In this document: one piece after another, positions 11,001 through 19,844 of the stretch
Layout of the letters: every line of letters begins with the position of its first letter
Position numbering within the stretch: position 1 is the stretch's first letter
Assembly: GCA_964524895.1 (NCBI GenBank)
Contig: CAZGFG010000001.1
Span: forward strand, 54,936-118,935
Source of the DNA: an uncultured Gammaproteobacteria bacterium
GTDB taxonomy: Bacteria; Patescibacteriota; Microgenomatia; Daviesbacterales; UBA10151
Direction: 5' to 3'
DNA length: 64,000 nucleotides
Made by a program: the position numbers and the translations under genes
The notes under the pieces: generated by a model
Told to the model about the DNA's origin: nothing
Seen by the model: only the letters and a program-made list of their open reading frames with translations
Databases searched by the model: none

Positions 11001-11536
11001 AGGCCAATCATTAAAGCGTATAATAAACGTCTCGTTTGTAACCCTTTGATAAAAAACAGTAGGGAAAGCGGTAACAGCAGATAGAAAACAAAAAAATTAT
11101 TTAAAAACCTGTTCCAAACATTTACCATACTAAATGGGTTAAACCAGTAAAATAAAACTGCTAGGAAGATAAATTTATTACTTAATGAGGGAAAAAGATT
11201 TTTAGTTAAATAATAGATACTTAACCCAGAAACAACTAAAACAACCCAAAAAAAAGACGCCTGGAGAAGGAAACCAGGTATACCAAGGTTTTGTAACTGT
11301 GCCAAAAGCCAATACATAGGTTTAGCGGAAACACTTATGTTGGTGGGATACCCTAGAGCATAATGAGCCCATGCATTTTTATTAGATTCATAGGCAATTT
11401 GGAAATTATAAAAAGGGATTCCGGATTCTCCTATGGCAAGAATATTCCCATCTTTAAACCATACCAAGACCAAAAGTAGCGGAATTAGTAATATAAGTAC
11501 TAAAGGAATGTTGACCCTTTTCAAGAATGAATTCAT
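8039..11536 (-). CDS. 1165 aa polytopic membrane protein, YfhO/AftD-like GT-C putative glycosyltransferase with a large extracytoplasmic domain and C-terminal TM.
   Basis: N-terminal ~650 aa is multi-TM. It carries the conserved internal block PSIGYQVKVPNDYQQASRWL...GVTYNWEKGYAGVEL shared with 45281..47503 and 1..3146, then a long hydrophilic domain and a terminal TM (VAFSSGLLIVIW). Confidence 0.6.
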   Translation of the reverse strand: MNSFLKRVNIPLVLILLIPLLLVLVWFKDGNILAIGESGIPFYNFQIAYESNKNAWAHYALGYPTNISVSAKPMYWLLAQLQNLGIPGFLLQASFFWVVLVVSGLSIYYLTKNLFPSLSNKFIFLAVLFYWFNPFSMVNVWNRFLNNFFVFYLLLPLSLLFFIKGLQTRRLLYALMIGLSSTVFAYALSSAAFIILLWLVLVYTAVFYIFAYNDFKSRLFVIKFLLLSLFFWFLTNLWWISQTFSYIYSSSFSTVRQTSFSPENNQLIFSILSQKLGSLINIVKLQHASFFGPDSMQWVKLYTFPPVAFLSFAFSLIIFIPLFFRNKKNSVLLLSGLFILGTLLSMGNNPPFGQLFNLAFEKFGFLQVFRNSFEKFGFLLPLAAAPLFAYGVYILNGKIFEKWRKYAYFVIIAWLGILGLPYWTGLVFTAEEYPANIPSIGYQVKVPNDYQQASRWLNSETGNFRLLAFPLGDEGVTYNWEKGYAGVELSNQLLPITSVSFQTNIPFYKDISGGLEEHFLKKESFSEVMNILNAKYIMLRNDINWRIREIRDPQSIFNRLKDKGGQFKMIEVFGELAFWENTKWVDRRISLSDHVIAVSPQPKISDTQFFLSGNDVLIGGDLSLNDIKVNQEVIHPIARLSLGESLTQSTEGGQDIFPHVKFPPSSSFYRLILLKEKMDLESNTNISKKLDFIIMLLGKRLVEAKLESGQNNASGVLIAIQGYKSLLDGITPIFAGYRLSHTIYNKQVIKQEKLYGIFAKHEVVLSELINHFPENEIIVEQLKDIQRLLDSKLSTENIQPIFGFREEDGFTVRKRIAYRFKIITPGEYELFWGDEYLDKYYKKNNDGRIILQVDSKIVPAKRMPGRLGRQTLGKMYFDSGMHEISLNTPDEVNLVNAEDEFTLTVQHGEASRAFPINNYDPYAEYTVAFDYWIKKGLGVEVLAEENNAKIKLGKIEYGFAANLGSDNYYYGEKHFISSFKLNNTADTARLILKVNPWNDCETIFYTRNKNRCKDKSFREPYDRTTEVIIRNLSVTRDLIDEPILVKSNLEKISSTPKVDFKKIGDMQYIINITDAKEPYILVLSELFDPGWKILTTSGNELQADHFIVNVYANGWKIDKLGDYQIIIKYAPQDLLFSTEIISQVAFSSGLLIVIWRLKRRYVKDN

Positions 11537-11543
11537 ATATAAA

Positions 11544-12176
11544 TTAAATCTTTTTTACAGCAACTAGACAGGAACTCATGTTTGGTAAAAAATAAGTAAT
11601 AGGAGACATTAAATATGAAATAACTACAAAAAAATATTTTAAATTCCTGAACCTATATAATAATCCTCCGCTCCGATAGATGTACTTGCTACCCTGACCG
11701 TAAACCTCATAGCCTAACTCCTTCATTTCATTTATTTCCCACCCTGACTGATGTCTCTGAAGTTTATTGTCATCTCTTATCTCGAAAGGGTCATATTTTA
11801 CATAACCATTTGGAGTAGTGATAATTACTCTGGATCTTGCAATATTTTCCAGTTTCTTAATTAGTTTCAGAGCGTCTCTTTTACTTAAATGCTCGACCAC
11901 CTGCGAAGCTAAAACTACATCGAATGACTTATTATTGACCTTAAGATTCCTGAGATCAGAACCTAGCAACTTCTTATAAACACCTCTTTTAGCAGCTTTC
12001 TTTAGATAGGGCTGATATAAATCAATCCCTGTAACATTATATTTTTTATCTAAATTCATTTTTGCCATTAATGCCCCGTCACCACATCCAACATCTAGAA
12101 CAGTTTTTGCATTATGGAAATGCTGGCGAATAATCCAGGGTGATGTATATGGAATAAAGGCCAGGATATTTTTCAT
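11544..12176 (-). CDS. Class I SAM-dependent methyltransferase (210 aa, type 11/12-like).
   Basis: Motif I VLDVGCGDGALMA and motif post-II VVLASQVVEHL. It is a paralogue of 41845..42474 and 44652..45275, and its stop is 8 nt upstream of the giant GT-C gene. Confidence 0.8.
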   Translation of the reverse strand: MKNILAFIPYTSPWIIRQHFHNAKTVLDVGCGDGALMAKMNLDKKYNVTGIDLYQPYLKKAAKRGVYKKLLGSDLRNLKVNNKSFDVVLASQVVEHLSKRDALKLIKKLENIARSRVIITTPNGYVKYDPFEIRDDNKLQRHQSGWEINEMKELGYEVYGQGSKYIYRSGGLLYRFRNLKYFFVVISYLMSPITYFLPNMSSCLVAVKKI

Positions 12177-12186
12177 AAGATTAATT

Positions 12187-13890
12187 TTATCTACAGACTA
12201 CGACAAAATCACTTGACTCTTCTTCTTTATTTTTGAGTACCTGAAAATCTTCCGTGCTAAATAATAGCTTAGATTCTCCAGTAATTATTCTTTTTGGATA
12301 TTCCGGTAAGAAGTTCATTATTTTCCTGATAAATCTCTTTTTTGTAAGGAAGTTTGCCGTTTTCCATCTTAAACTTTTATGCACCAAAATTTCTTTTTGA
12401 GCTTTTTGCTTGTTCTTTAAAACTACACCATATAAATTTACCGTTTCGAAATATTTATCAAGTAGTTGCTCCAGTTCGTTCGGATAATACTCATACACAT
12501 GGTATGGATTAGATGGTCTACTCCCGTCAAAAGAACTATATGTCTTATTAGGAGTAGACAAAATCAGGAAGCCGCCTTTTTTAAGACTCTTTTTTGCAAT
12601 CGTAATTAGCTTTTCCGGTTGTTGCAAGTGCTCGATAACTTCAAAAGCCACAACAACATCATACTTTTCAGCCAACTCTAATTTTTCTACATCCGCTTCA
12701 AGAAAGTTGATATTACTGTGTGGATTATGTCTTCTCGCAAAGCTTATCGCAGAAGGATCAACATCACAGGCAGTAATAATTTTGACACCATTTTCCGCTA
12801 AGTAATTACTGCCATATCCAGTCCCACACCCGATCTCCAGTAATTTTTTCCCTCTACAAAAATCAAGGGCGAATTTATACTTTACCAAGTGTAAACCATC
12901 AATATCACTTAAGGATGGACGCTCTCCAGAAAAAATGGTCTTTTTTGAGAATAGGCATATTACTATTCCTGCAAAAACTCCTTGAACGAGCTTTAACCAA
13001 TCAGATAACCTACCATACCTTAAAGCGAGTCTTAGGTAATAGATAATAAATATCGGTAAGAACAAAAGAAAAATAAAAAAGTTTTTACTAAAATCTTTCA
13101 TAAACAGGATCCTATTTCTCCCTATCCAATAACCTCTTGATAAAAGTCTTAATGATTCTTTTTTTGGCTCATGTGGTATCTTATGGTAGGCAAAAGCTGT
13201 GGGAGTATAAAAAACCTTAAAACCCTCTGCCCTTGCACGAAAACAAAAATCAGTATCTTCATATGTTGCAAAGTATCTATCGTCAAACGCTTTAAGTCTA
13301 TTAATAACTGACCTTTTTACCAAGAGAACAGCGGGTGCTACCTGCACTTCTTCCGGAGTTTCATATTGTCCTACATCAGTACCCCCCCTAAATAAAACTT
13401 GCCCACTCCATAGGTTAATACCTGTACCAGCTGACCAAATTCTTCTCTTATCGCCAAAATAAAGAATCTTTGGAGTGATAATTCCTATCGATGGGTCTAT
13501 TTTTATCAATCTCACTAATTCTTTGAGCATATTTTTATCCGCAATCATATCATGATCAAAAAAAAGTAAACAGTCTGAGGTAGCTTTTGCTTGCCTTATT
13601 CCTTCATTCCTGCCGCCGGTTACACCAGTATTTGTTTCCATAGTAATCACTTTAGCTCGGGGGAAGAACTTTTTAACCCTATCTGTAGTTCCATCTGTTG
13701 AATGATTATCTATAATAATAATTTCACGAGGCTTTAAGGTCTGTTTCTGAATAGAATTAATGCAAATTCTTAAGGTCTGCCAACTATTATACGTCGGTAT
13801 GATTACTGAAACAGCTGTTGTATTAAATTTTTCCATTAGAGATTCTAAAACAATAAAAAGTATATTACTATCCAACTTCTTTATCTTCAA
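12187..13890 (-). CDS. Bifunctional GT2 glycosyltransferase (N-terminal) fused to a class I SAM methyltransferase (C-terminal), with a central TM segment.
   Basis: N-terminus has VSVIIPTYNSWQTL...IIIIDNHSTDGT and a DxD-like DHDM motif (GT-A fold). The middle has hydrophobic helices (FFIFLLFLPIFIIYYL). The C-terminus has LLEIGCGTGYGS and VVVAFEVIEHL. Confidence 0.8.
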   Translation of the reverse strand: MKIKKLDSNILFIVLESLMEKFNTTAVSVIIPTYNSWQTLRICINSIQKQTLKPREIIIIDNHSTDGTTDRVKKFFPRAKVITMETNTGVTGGRNEGIRQAKATSDCLLFFDHDMIADKNMLKELVRLIKIDPSIGIITPKILYFGDKRRIWSAGTGINLWSGQVLFRGGTDVGQYETPEEVQVAPAVLLVKRSVINRLKAFDDRYFATYEDTDFCFRARAEGFKVFYTPTAFAYHKIPHEPKKESLRLLSRGYWIGRNRILFMKDFSKNFFIFLLFLPIFIIYYLRLALRYGRLSDWLKLVQGVFAGIVICLFSKKTIFSGERPSLSDIDGLHLVKYKFALDFCRGKKLLEIGCGTGYGSNYLAENGVKIITACDVDPSAISFARRHNPHSNINFLEADVEKLELAEKYDVVVAFEVIEHLQQPEKLITIAKKSLKKGGFLILSTPNKTYSSFDGSRPSNPYHVYEYYPNELEQLLDKYFETVNLYGVVLKNKQKAQKEILVHKSLRWKTANFLTKKRFIRKIMNFLPEYPKRIITGESKLLFSTEDFQVLKNKEEESSDFVVVCR

Positions 13891-14834
13891 GAGCCAGGAG
13901 GTGAAAGTTTCTTAATCTTAATATTACTTTCATAGGAGTTTACTACTTCCTGCCAAGTTGCAAAAGAAATGCCCAACCTTTTTTGAGTAATATCTGTTCT
14001 AAGACCCCCAAATTGGGGATACCGTCTGGGATATTTATTAAGATAGGATTTAATACTTGTTGATGGAATGGCATGATGCACTCCGGAAAACCGTTCAATA
14101 AGATGTTCTGCCATCTTGTGAGGTGTGCAAATATCTGTTGTAGAGACATGATAAATACCGGGTAATTTGATTGTTAATAACTTAATTATAATCTTTACCA
14201 AAGTTGGTATATAACTTAATGTTAAATATTGATCATTAAACAAAGGATAGATTTTTTTGTCTAAATATAGTTGTAATATTTTTCCAATATAATCCAGTTT
14301 AGGTTCATTTCCTGGTCGGGTAATATTACAAATTCTTATTATGGATGTTTGTTTTATATTCTCTAAAACCGCTCTTTCAGCTTCTCTTTTAGTGAGACCA
14401 TACCAAGATAATAATCTATCACTATCCTTAAATTTAGCATTTTCCCCGTATGGACCTGGATTTTTTTTATGCCCGGAAAAAATGTAATCTGTAGAGATAT
14501 GAATTAAAAAGGATTTGTATTGCTTGCAGATTTTAGCCATATATTTTGTACCTTCAACATTAACCTTCCATACATTTCCGTTTTTGTTACATCTTTCTTT
14601 CTCCGCCAAAGATGCATCTCTAAAAGCTGCAAAGTGCACAACAACTTCCGGTCTATACTTCTCAAAACATCTTTTAATAGTGTCTACTCTAATGATATCC
14701 ATCTCACTTCGACAAGGATAAATAATGTCCTTATCTTTAAATCTTTCAGAATAGCACTTGAGAAAATAAGAGCCTATTAATCCGCTACCCCCGGTTATTA
14801 GAACCTTTTTTCTTGCTGTTGTCTTAAAGCTCAT
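13887..14834 (-). CDS. NAD(P)-dependent sugar epimerase/reductase, extended SDR, RmlD-like.
   Basis: N-terminal VLITGGSGLIGSYF Rossmann motif and a YGLTK (YxxxK) catalytic motif. 315 aa. ATGA overlap with the upstream gene. Confidence 0.7.
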   Translation of the reverse strand: MSFKTTARKKVLITGGSGLIGSYFLKCYSERFKDKDIIYPCRSEMDIIRVDTIKRCFEKYRPEVVVHFAAFRDASLAEKERCNKNGNVWKVNVEGTKYMAKICKQYKSFLIHISTDYIFSGHKKNPGPYGENAKFKDSDRLLSWYGLTKREAERAVLENIKQTSIIRICNITRPGNEPKLDYIGKILQLYLDKKIYPLFNDQYLTLSYIPTLVKIIIKLLTIKLPGIYHVSTTDICTPHKMAEHLIERFSGVHHAIPSTSIKSYLNKYPRRYPQFGGLRTDITQKRLGISFATWQEVVNSYESNIKIKKLSPPGS

Positions 14835-15574
14835 TATTTTTTAGGGGCGAATAACTCGCTTTTTATAAAACTTAGTTGATGTAGTTCATAAATCAAAAGC
14901 ATCTTAACAGTTTCCAATACAAATTTAATCCCTTTTTGTAAACTCATCGAGGAAGATTTTTCATTATATCTTGTAGAAATTGGTATCTCCCCTACCCTAA
15001 ATTTAAAGCTGACTGCTGATAAGGTCATTTGCTCATCAAATAAGAAATCATTGGAAAATTTTTCAAATGGTACTGTTTTCAACAATCTAGCCGAATATGC
15101 TCTAAATCCCGAGAAATGCTCCGTAAAGTTTACACCTAAGAGAATATTTTGTAGTAAACAAAAGAAGCGGTTAGTATAATATTTTAATTTAGGCATCCCC
15201 CCTTTCAAAGCCTCCTCTCTGGTCGAAATTCTGCTGCCAAACATAAAATCATACCTTTTTTCGATGATTGGCTTGATTAAATTTCCTAAATAATAAGCGC
15301 TGTACTGATAGTCAGGATGTAGCATAGCCACAACGTCCGGCTTTAACTTTAAAGCCTCTCTGTAACATGTTTTCTGGTTACCCCCATAACCTATATTTCT
15401 ACTATGCTTAACTACCTTAATATCCAGCTTAGAGGCGATTGCTAATGTTTTGTCAATACTCTTATCATCAACTAAGATAATATACTTCCTAAATCTTTTT
15501 GGAATGTCAGTATAAGTCTCCAACAATGTTTTCTCAGCGTTATATGCTGGCATTACAATAACAACTTTACTCAT
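14834..15574 (-). CDS. GT2 glycosyltransferase, DPM1/Ppm1-like polyprenol-phosphate sugar synthase (soluble, 246 aa).
   Basis: VVIVMPAYNAEKTL...ILVDDKSIDKT. Small GT-A protein without C-terminal TMs. It overlaps the downstream GT-C gene by 8 nt, the classic Ppm1–Pmt arrangement. Confidence 0.7.
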   Translation of the reverse strand: MSKVVIVMPAYNAEKTLLETYTDIPKRFRKYIILVDDKSIDKTLAIASKLDIKVVKHSRNIGYGGNQKTCYREALKLKPDVVAMLHPDYQYSAYYLGNLIKPIIEKRYDFMFGSRISTREEALKGGMPKLKYYTNRFFCLLQNILLGVNFTEHFSGFRAYSARLLKTVPFEKFSNDFLFDEQMTLSAVSFKFRVGEIPISTRYNEKSSSMSLQKGIKFVLETVKMLLIYELHQLSFIKSELFAPKK

Positions 15575-17498
15575 CTAGATTAAGCTGTTTAAGTACTTCT
15601 TTTCTTATATCTATAAGGTCTCTATCTACAAACCTCATTACATAAAAGTTACTTAGTTTATAAAAGTGTGGCTTCTTCTGACCACCAATAATATTTTGAT
15701 AAATTATACCCTTAACACCATCTTTTTCAGTTAACCCGTTCTTCAGAATTTGTAAGCAGCTTTGATGGGTATGTTCTGGACACTGTATGTTTGTTCTTAT
15801 CATATTTAAGTACGGCCGATTTATATTAATCTCGTTGTTTTTATTGAATTTAGTCCAAAACTCAAAACCCGCCAATATGGTGCTTTCGTCGAAATAACCA
15901 TGCTCTTTATCTGCTGATTCATCGAAATAAAATAGCGATTCTTCTGTATCGCTTAAATTTGGAACTATACTCCAGAATTTATTTCTCATTCTGGTTTGAT
16001 CTTCTGAACCTAATCCAGCATAACTTAATTCGTAATCAAAAAAGTCATAGGCAACCTTCCTATCGATAATAAAAAGAGGGAGTAAGAGAAGAAAAACTAA
16101 CCAAGCCACGTTTTTTGTAATATTAATTTTCTTTAAAAAGGCTGTTAGTAGAATTAGGAATCCTGCCATAAACATACTCATTCCTATTGAGGGAATGCTT
16201 AAATATCGATGCGGACCTACAAAAACTAACTGTAGATCAGAAGCCATCCAGGTAAAAAAGATAAACAGAGCAGAAAAAACTGGACCTATTATTAAAGGCA
16301 GAAGTAGATTATTTTTAGTCTTGAGCCATATTAAAAACAGATTCACACTTAAAGAAATCACATAAAAACCTATCATTGTTGGAACCACCATTAATATTGG
16401 ATCGAAATGGACTCGAATAGCAGTATCTATAAACTGCCAATTCTTTGTAACCAGAAATGTTATTAAACCAAATATAAAAACAGGAATAGTAGTGGTTAAT
16501 ATTAATTTAAACGGTTTACTGGGTATCAAGAATGCTAACAAGGTTGTTAAAAGTGTAAAAATAAAAATAGGGCCCATTAGCAGGAAAGAGAGGTAATTAC
16601 TAAAACTTTCAGTATTAATTTTTCCAAAATATTCCAAATTATCACCATATAGAAAAATACTCCCTAAAGATGTAAAGGGATATAATAATAGCTGCCAATT
16701 CCCTGATAAAATACTATCTATCCTTTTTGATAACTCCAGGAAAAACTGGGGTACAAAGTATCCAGAGTTAACATCCTCTTTAAACCAAACAGAATAAACC
16801 AGGATAAAAAATATCAATGGAAAGAACAAGGCAAAAACCCTGTTAACGGATATTTTGATAGACTCCTTCTTAAACTTGTAAACAAATACGTAGAGGATCT
16901 CTGTTACTGTTATAAGGGGAAGCAAGGGGTACATTCTCTCAGTACTTAAAAACAGAGTTACCAGCATGAGAACGCTGCCAGTAACTAACAGTTTCATACT
17001 ATTTTTTGTTGTTAAGAGTATGTAGTAGATAATTAAGAATAGGTTCATAAAAATAGTTGCCAGAAAATATCCACCAGTTGCCAGCATAAACATCGGACCT
17101 ATATGAGTATAGGAGGCTGTGTATATTACACTTGTTAGGATAGCCAGTAATCTATTTTTGAAAACATTTGCAATAAGTAAATAAAGGCTTACAGCAGCCA
17201 GCAACTTAAAAAAATGGGTTGCTATATGAAGTTTTGTAAAGTCTAGGCCAAAAATAGACGATAAAAATCCTACATAATATAGCTGATAAGTGTAAGCACC
17301 CATCAATTGAAAGGACTCAATGAAGTGATCGAGAGATAGTTCTCCAAGAGATTTAAATCTATATAGCATCATCCAATCTATATCTCGAAAACCATATCTT
17401 ATTTGTTCTCCAAAAATAATCCTGTCGACGATAAAAAGCACTGGAAACAAAAATAAGATAATTATTGAATCTGTCCTTGTAAAGGAAAGCTTGTTCAT
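15567..17498 (-). CDS. GT-C-like polytopic membrane glycosyltransferase, 643 aa. Member of a five-gene paralogous family in this window.
   Basis: Multi-TM protein sharing KNRLLAIL, NIPSIG and a C-terminal FY..R.. amphipathic tail with 31671..33590, 33617..35494, 35561..37438 and 40236..41876. Confidence 0.6.
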   Translation of the reverse strand: MNKLSFTRTDSIIILFLFPVLFIVDRIIFGEQIRYGFRDIDWMMLYRFKSLGELSLDHFIESFQLMGAYTYQLYYVGFLSSIFGLDFTKLHIATHFFKLLAAVSLYLLIANVFKNRLLAILTSVIYTASYTHIGPMFMLATGGYFLATIFMNLFLIIYYILLTTKNSMKLLVTGSVLMLVTLFLSTERMYPLLPLITVTEILYVFVYKFKKESIKISVNRVFALFFPLIFFILVYSVWFKEDVNSGYFVPQFFLELSKRIDSILSGNWQLLLYPFTSLGSIFLYGDNLEYFGKINTESFSNYLSFLLMGPIFIFTLLTTLLAFLIPSKPFKLILTTTIPVFIFGLITFLVTKNWQFIDTAIRVHFDPILMVVPTMIGFYVISLSVNLFLIWLKTKNNLLLPLIIGPVFSALFIFFTWMASDLQLVFVGPHRYLSIPSIGMSMFMAGFLILLTAFLKKINITKNVAWLVFLLLLPLFIIDRKVAYDFFDYELSYAGLGSEDQTRMRNKFWSIVPNLSDTEESLFYFDESADKEHGYFDESTILAGFEFWTKFNKNNEININRPYLNMIRTNIQCPEHTHQSCLQILKNGLTEKDGVKGIIYQNIIGGQKKPHFYKLSNFYVMRFVDRDLIDIRKEVLKQLNLDE

Positions 17499-17594
17499 AG
17501 CTTGTGTTCCATCTTATTAAACTAATATACCATAGCCTATCTTTTTAGTACTTATTCCGCACCCAAAGACTATATTGATTTCAAGTAGTAATTT

Positions 17595-18773
17595 TTATCT
17601 GATTGCATTTAGTAATGAATCAACCCGCTTGTCCCAGCTCCAATTTGAAAAGATCATTTCCTGTGCCTCTTTTCCTATTTTTCCTCTTCTATTATTATCT
17701 GATAACAGCTCCACGACTGTTTGAGCAAATTTTGATAAGTCACCTATTTTTACCTTCACCATTCCTCTCGGGTAGTACGATTTGAAAGATACCAGCTCAA
17801 ATCCTACAGCAGGAATACCAAAAGCCATTGCTTCAGCCGATGCCATACCGCCCGAATCATAGAAGGAGGGATGGACTACTAATTTACTTTGTCCAAAGAT
17901 TCTATATTTTTCTGTCCCATCAAATACATACCCGAACAAACGAATATTTCTCTCTAATCCTTGCTCCTTAATTTTTTTCCTAACTTCATCCATAAGAGGA
18001 CCATCCCCTATCATCGCAAGTTTTGCATTGGGCATTTGTTTTGTAACCATTTGCCAAATTCTAATTAGCTCAACTACACCTTTTTGTGGATGAAACCTTC
18101 CTTGAAACACCGCATCGTATATTTTAGGTAGTTTATTCATTTTCTTTATGTATCTGTTAACCTCGTCTAAGTTAACTGCCCCCAGGAGTACAAATATCCT
18201 ATTTTTTTTGTCTAAATGGAGAAATCGTTTTTTCTCTTCTTCGTTATTTATTAACACTAAATCAGCATATCTGGAAATCAAAGGCTTTATCGGAAGTTGC
18301 ATTAACCAATAATATAAAGCGGATAATCTATAAGTTTTTTCTCTCGAACCTTCGGCAAAACCAATGAAAGGATTCGGAGCTGTTTGAAACCAAGCTGCAA
18401 TCCATTTAATTTTAGGATATCGTATTTTTAAAACAATGGCTGGAAGCGAATCCATCCAAAACTCTGATGCAGAGTAAATAATAGAGTCTTTATCTAATTT
18501 AACAAAAAGTGAATACCATACAGCTTTGATAATCCTTGCAAGATAACAAATAAAGAAACCTAGCTTACACCATGACGCTACATTAAGAATTTTGAACTCA
18601 ACTCCCTCAGTTAGACTCTGACTTTTACATATCTCATAACCTTCTTTCCATACATAAATAGTTACTGGATTAGTTTGCCTTAATCTTTTGGCAAGTTCAA
18701 TAAATATTCGGTCTCCACCAGATAACCCTTTTCCTAATGCTGCATTTGCAAATATGTGGTAATTTGGTTTCAT
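17595..18773 (-). CDS. GT4 family glycosyltransferase (GT-B fold, retaining).
   Basis: C-terminal signature LVVHPSFYDSGGMASAEAMAFGIPAV (E-x7-E region). Confidence 0.8.
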   Translation of the reverse strand: MKPNYHIFANAALGKGLSGGDRIFIELAKRLRQTNPVTIYVWKEGYEICKSQSLTEGVEFKILNVASWCKLGFFICYLARIIKAVWYSLFVKLDKDSIIYSASEFWMDSLPAIVLKIRYPKIKWIAAWFQTAPNPFIGFAEGSREKTYRLSALYYWLMQLPIKPLISRYADLVLINNEEEKKRFLHLDKKNRIFVLLGAVNLDEVNRYIKKMNKLPKIYDAVFQGRFHPQKGVVELIRIWQMVTKQMPNAKLAMIGDGPLMDEVRKKIKEQGLERNIRLFGYVFDGTEKYRIFGQSKLVVHPSFYDSGGMASAEAMAFGIPAVGFELVSFKSYYPRGMVKVKIGDLSKFAQTVVELLSDNNRRGKIGKEAQEMIFSNWSWDKRVDSLLNAIR

Positions 18774-19664
18774 TTAAGTATTCCTTTTTCCTAATTTCTC
18801 TAAATGGCTTAAAAAGCATCGGAGTTCTGAAACTAGGCCTAATTCTTGAATTCTTCTCTTATTCATAAAAAATTGTTTGTCTCCTCTTTCTTCATTTTGT
18901 CTTTGAAGAATAGGATACTCAAAAGGGACCTCAATACTTAATACCTTGTATCCTTTTCTCAAGGCCTGAACAATAGGAAAGAAGTTGGCATTCGAAGAGT
19001 CTTCCGCATCAAACAGTTGATGGTGTTTTGATTTATCATTAAGAGTAAAATGATAACGTTTTACAAACAAAGAAAATATTTCCTCATTATTAACAAATAC
19101 ACTTGGTCCAAAAAACATGTCTAGAGAGTTATCATCCAGGGCGATTAATTTGTGCGCGATTAGCTCTTCATTATAGGTTCTGTTACCTTCAGTCTCGGAT
19201 GCATATTGAAAAGATGGGTATGTCTTTTTAAATAACTCCTCGTTTCGCTTGGGGATAACAATATCTGCCCTACCCTCAAGAATAGGCTCAATAATAAAAG
19301 ACATGCAGTTTTCAATAATCGAAGTTTTTTCTGGTTCGGTTAAAGCTATAACTTTAATGCCAGAAATCATGCGTACTCTTTTGAGAACTTGCCTTTTCCC
19401 AGGTGAAGCTTTTGAGAAACGTCTTTTTATTAAGATAGTACCGGGGATTTTTCTTACTTCTATGTGAAATGATTGCGGCGTTTGCCAATCCCCCACAACC
19501 ACTGTATATCCTTTTTCTCTTGCCTTTGAAATTGATTTAAGGGCTAAATCTCCTCTAATCTTATCAGTATCTTTAATGCTTCTTAATTTTCCTTCATACC
19601 AATTTGGGTAAGATGTAATCAGAACAATTGCTATTTCGGATAAGCCAAAATCAAGCTTTATCAT
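18774..19664 (-). CDS. Hypothetical protein (296 aa), first gene of the long minus-strand operon.
   Basis: Clean ORF. Its stop abuts the GT4 start. No motif recognised; no TM. Confidence 0.5.
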   Translation of the reverse strand: MIKLDFGLSEIAIVLITSYPNWYEGKLRSIKDTDKIRGDLALKSISKAREKGYTVVVGDWQTPQSFHIEVRKIPGTILIKRRFSKASPGKRQVLKRVRMISGIKVIALTEPEKTSIIENCMSFIIEPILEGRADIVIPKRNEELFKKTYPSFQYASETEGNRTYNEELIAHKLIALDDNSLDMFFGPSVFVNNEEIFSLFVKRYHFTLNDKSKHHQLFDAEDSSNANFFPIVQALRKGYKVLSIEVPFEYPILQRQNEERGDKQFFMNKRRIQELGLVSELRCFLSHLEKLGKRNT

Positions 19665-19799
19665 TTGTTGTAATTTTAACAGAAATGCTACTAGTCTTTC
19701 TTAATATTCTCTAAAATATAGCAGTGTTGGACTTTCTGGATTAACAGACTGGTGTAATAGTAGAGAATAATTGGGAATTTTTAACAACTCCATAAACTC

Positions 19800-19828
19800 T
19801 TGACTATTCTTAAATCTCAGTTTAGTAT
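19800..19828 (+). promoter_or_regulatory. Candidate sigma70-type promoter for rfbF (TTGACT-17 nt-TAGTAT).
   Basis: TTGACT at 19800..19805, a 17 nt spacer and TAGTAT at 19823..19828, 16 nt upstream of the ATG at 19845. It lies in the 180 bp divergent intergenic region. Confidence 0.3.
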
Positions 19829-19844
19829 CGAGAATTAATAAGAT

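Noticed and set aside
19665-19844. Extended -10-like element (TGTTAAAAT on the minus strand, plus coordinates 19673..19681) for the minus-strand operon starting at 19664
   Set aside because: It would place the transcription start essentially at the ATG, giving a leaderless transcript. That is possible but unsupported, and AT-rich sequence generates such matches readily. It was not listed as a feature.
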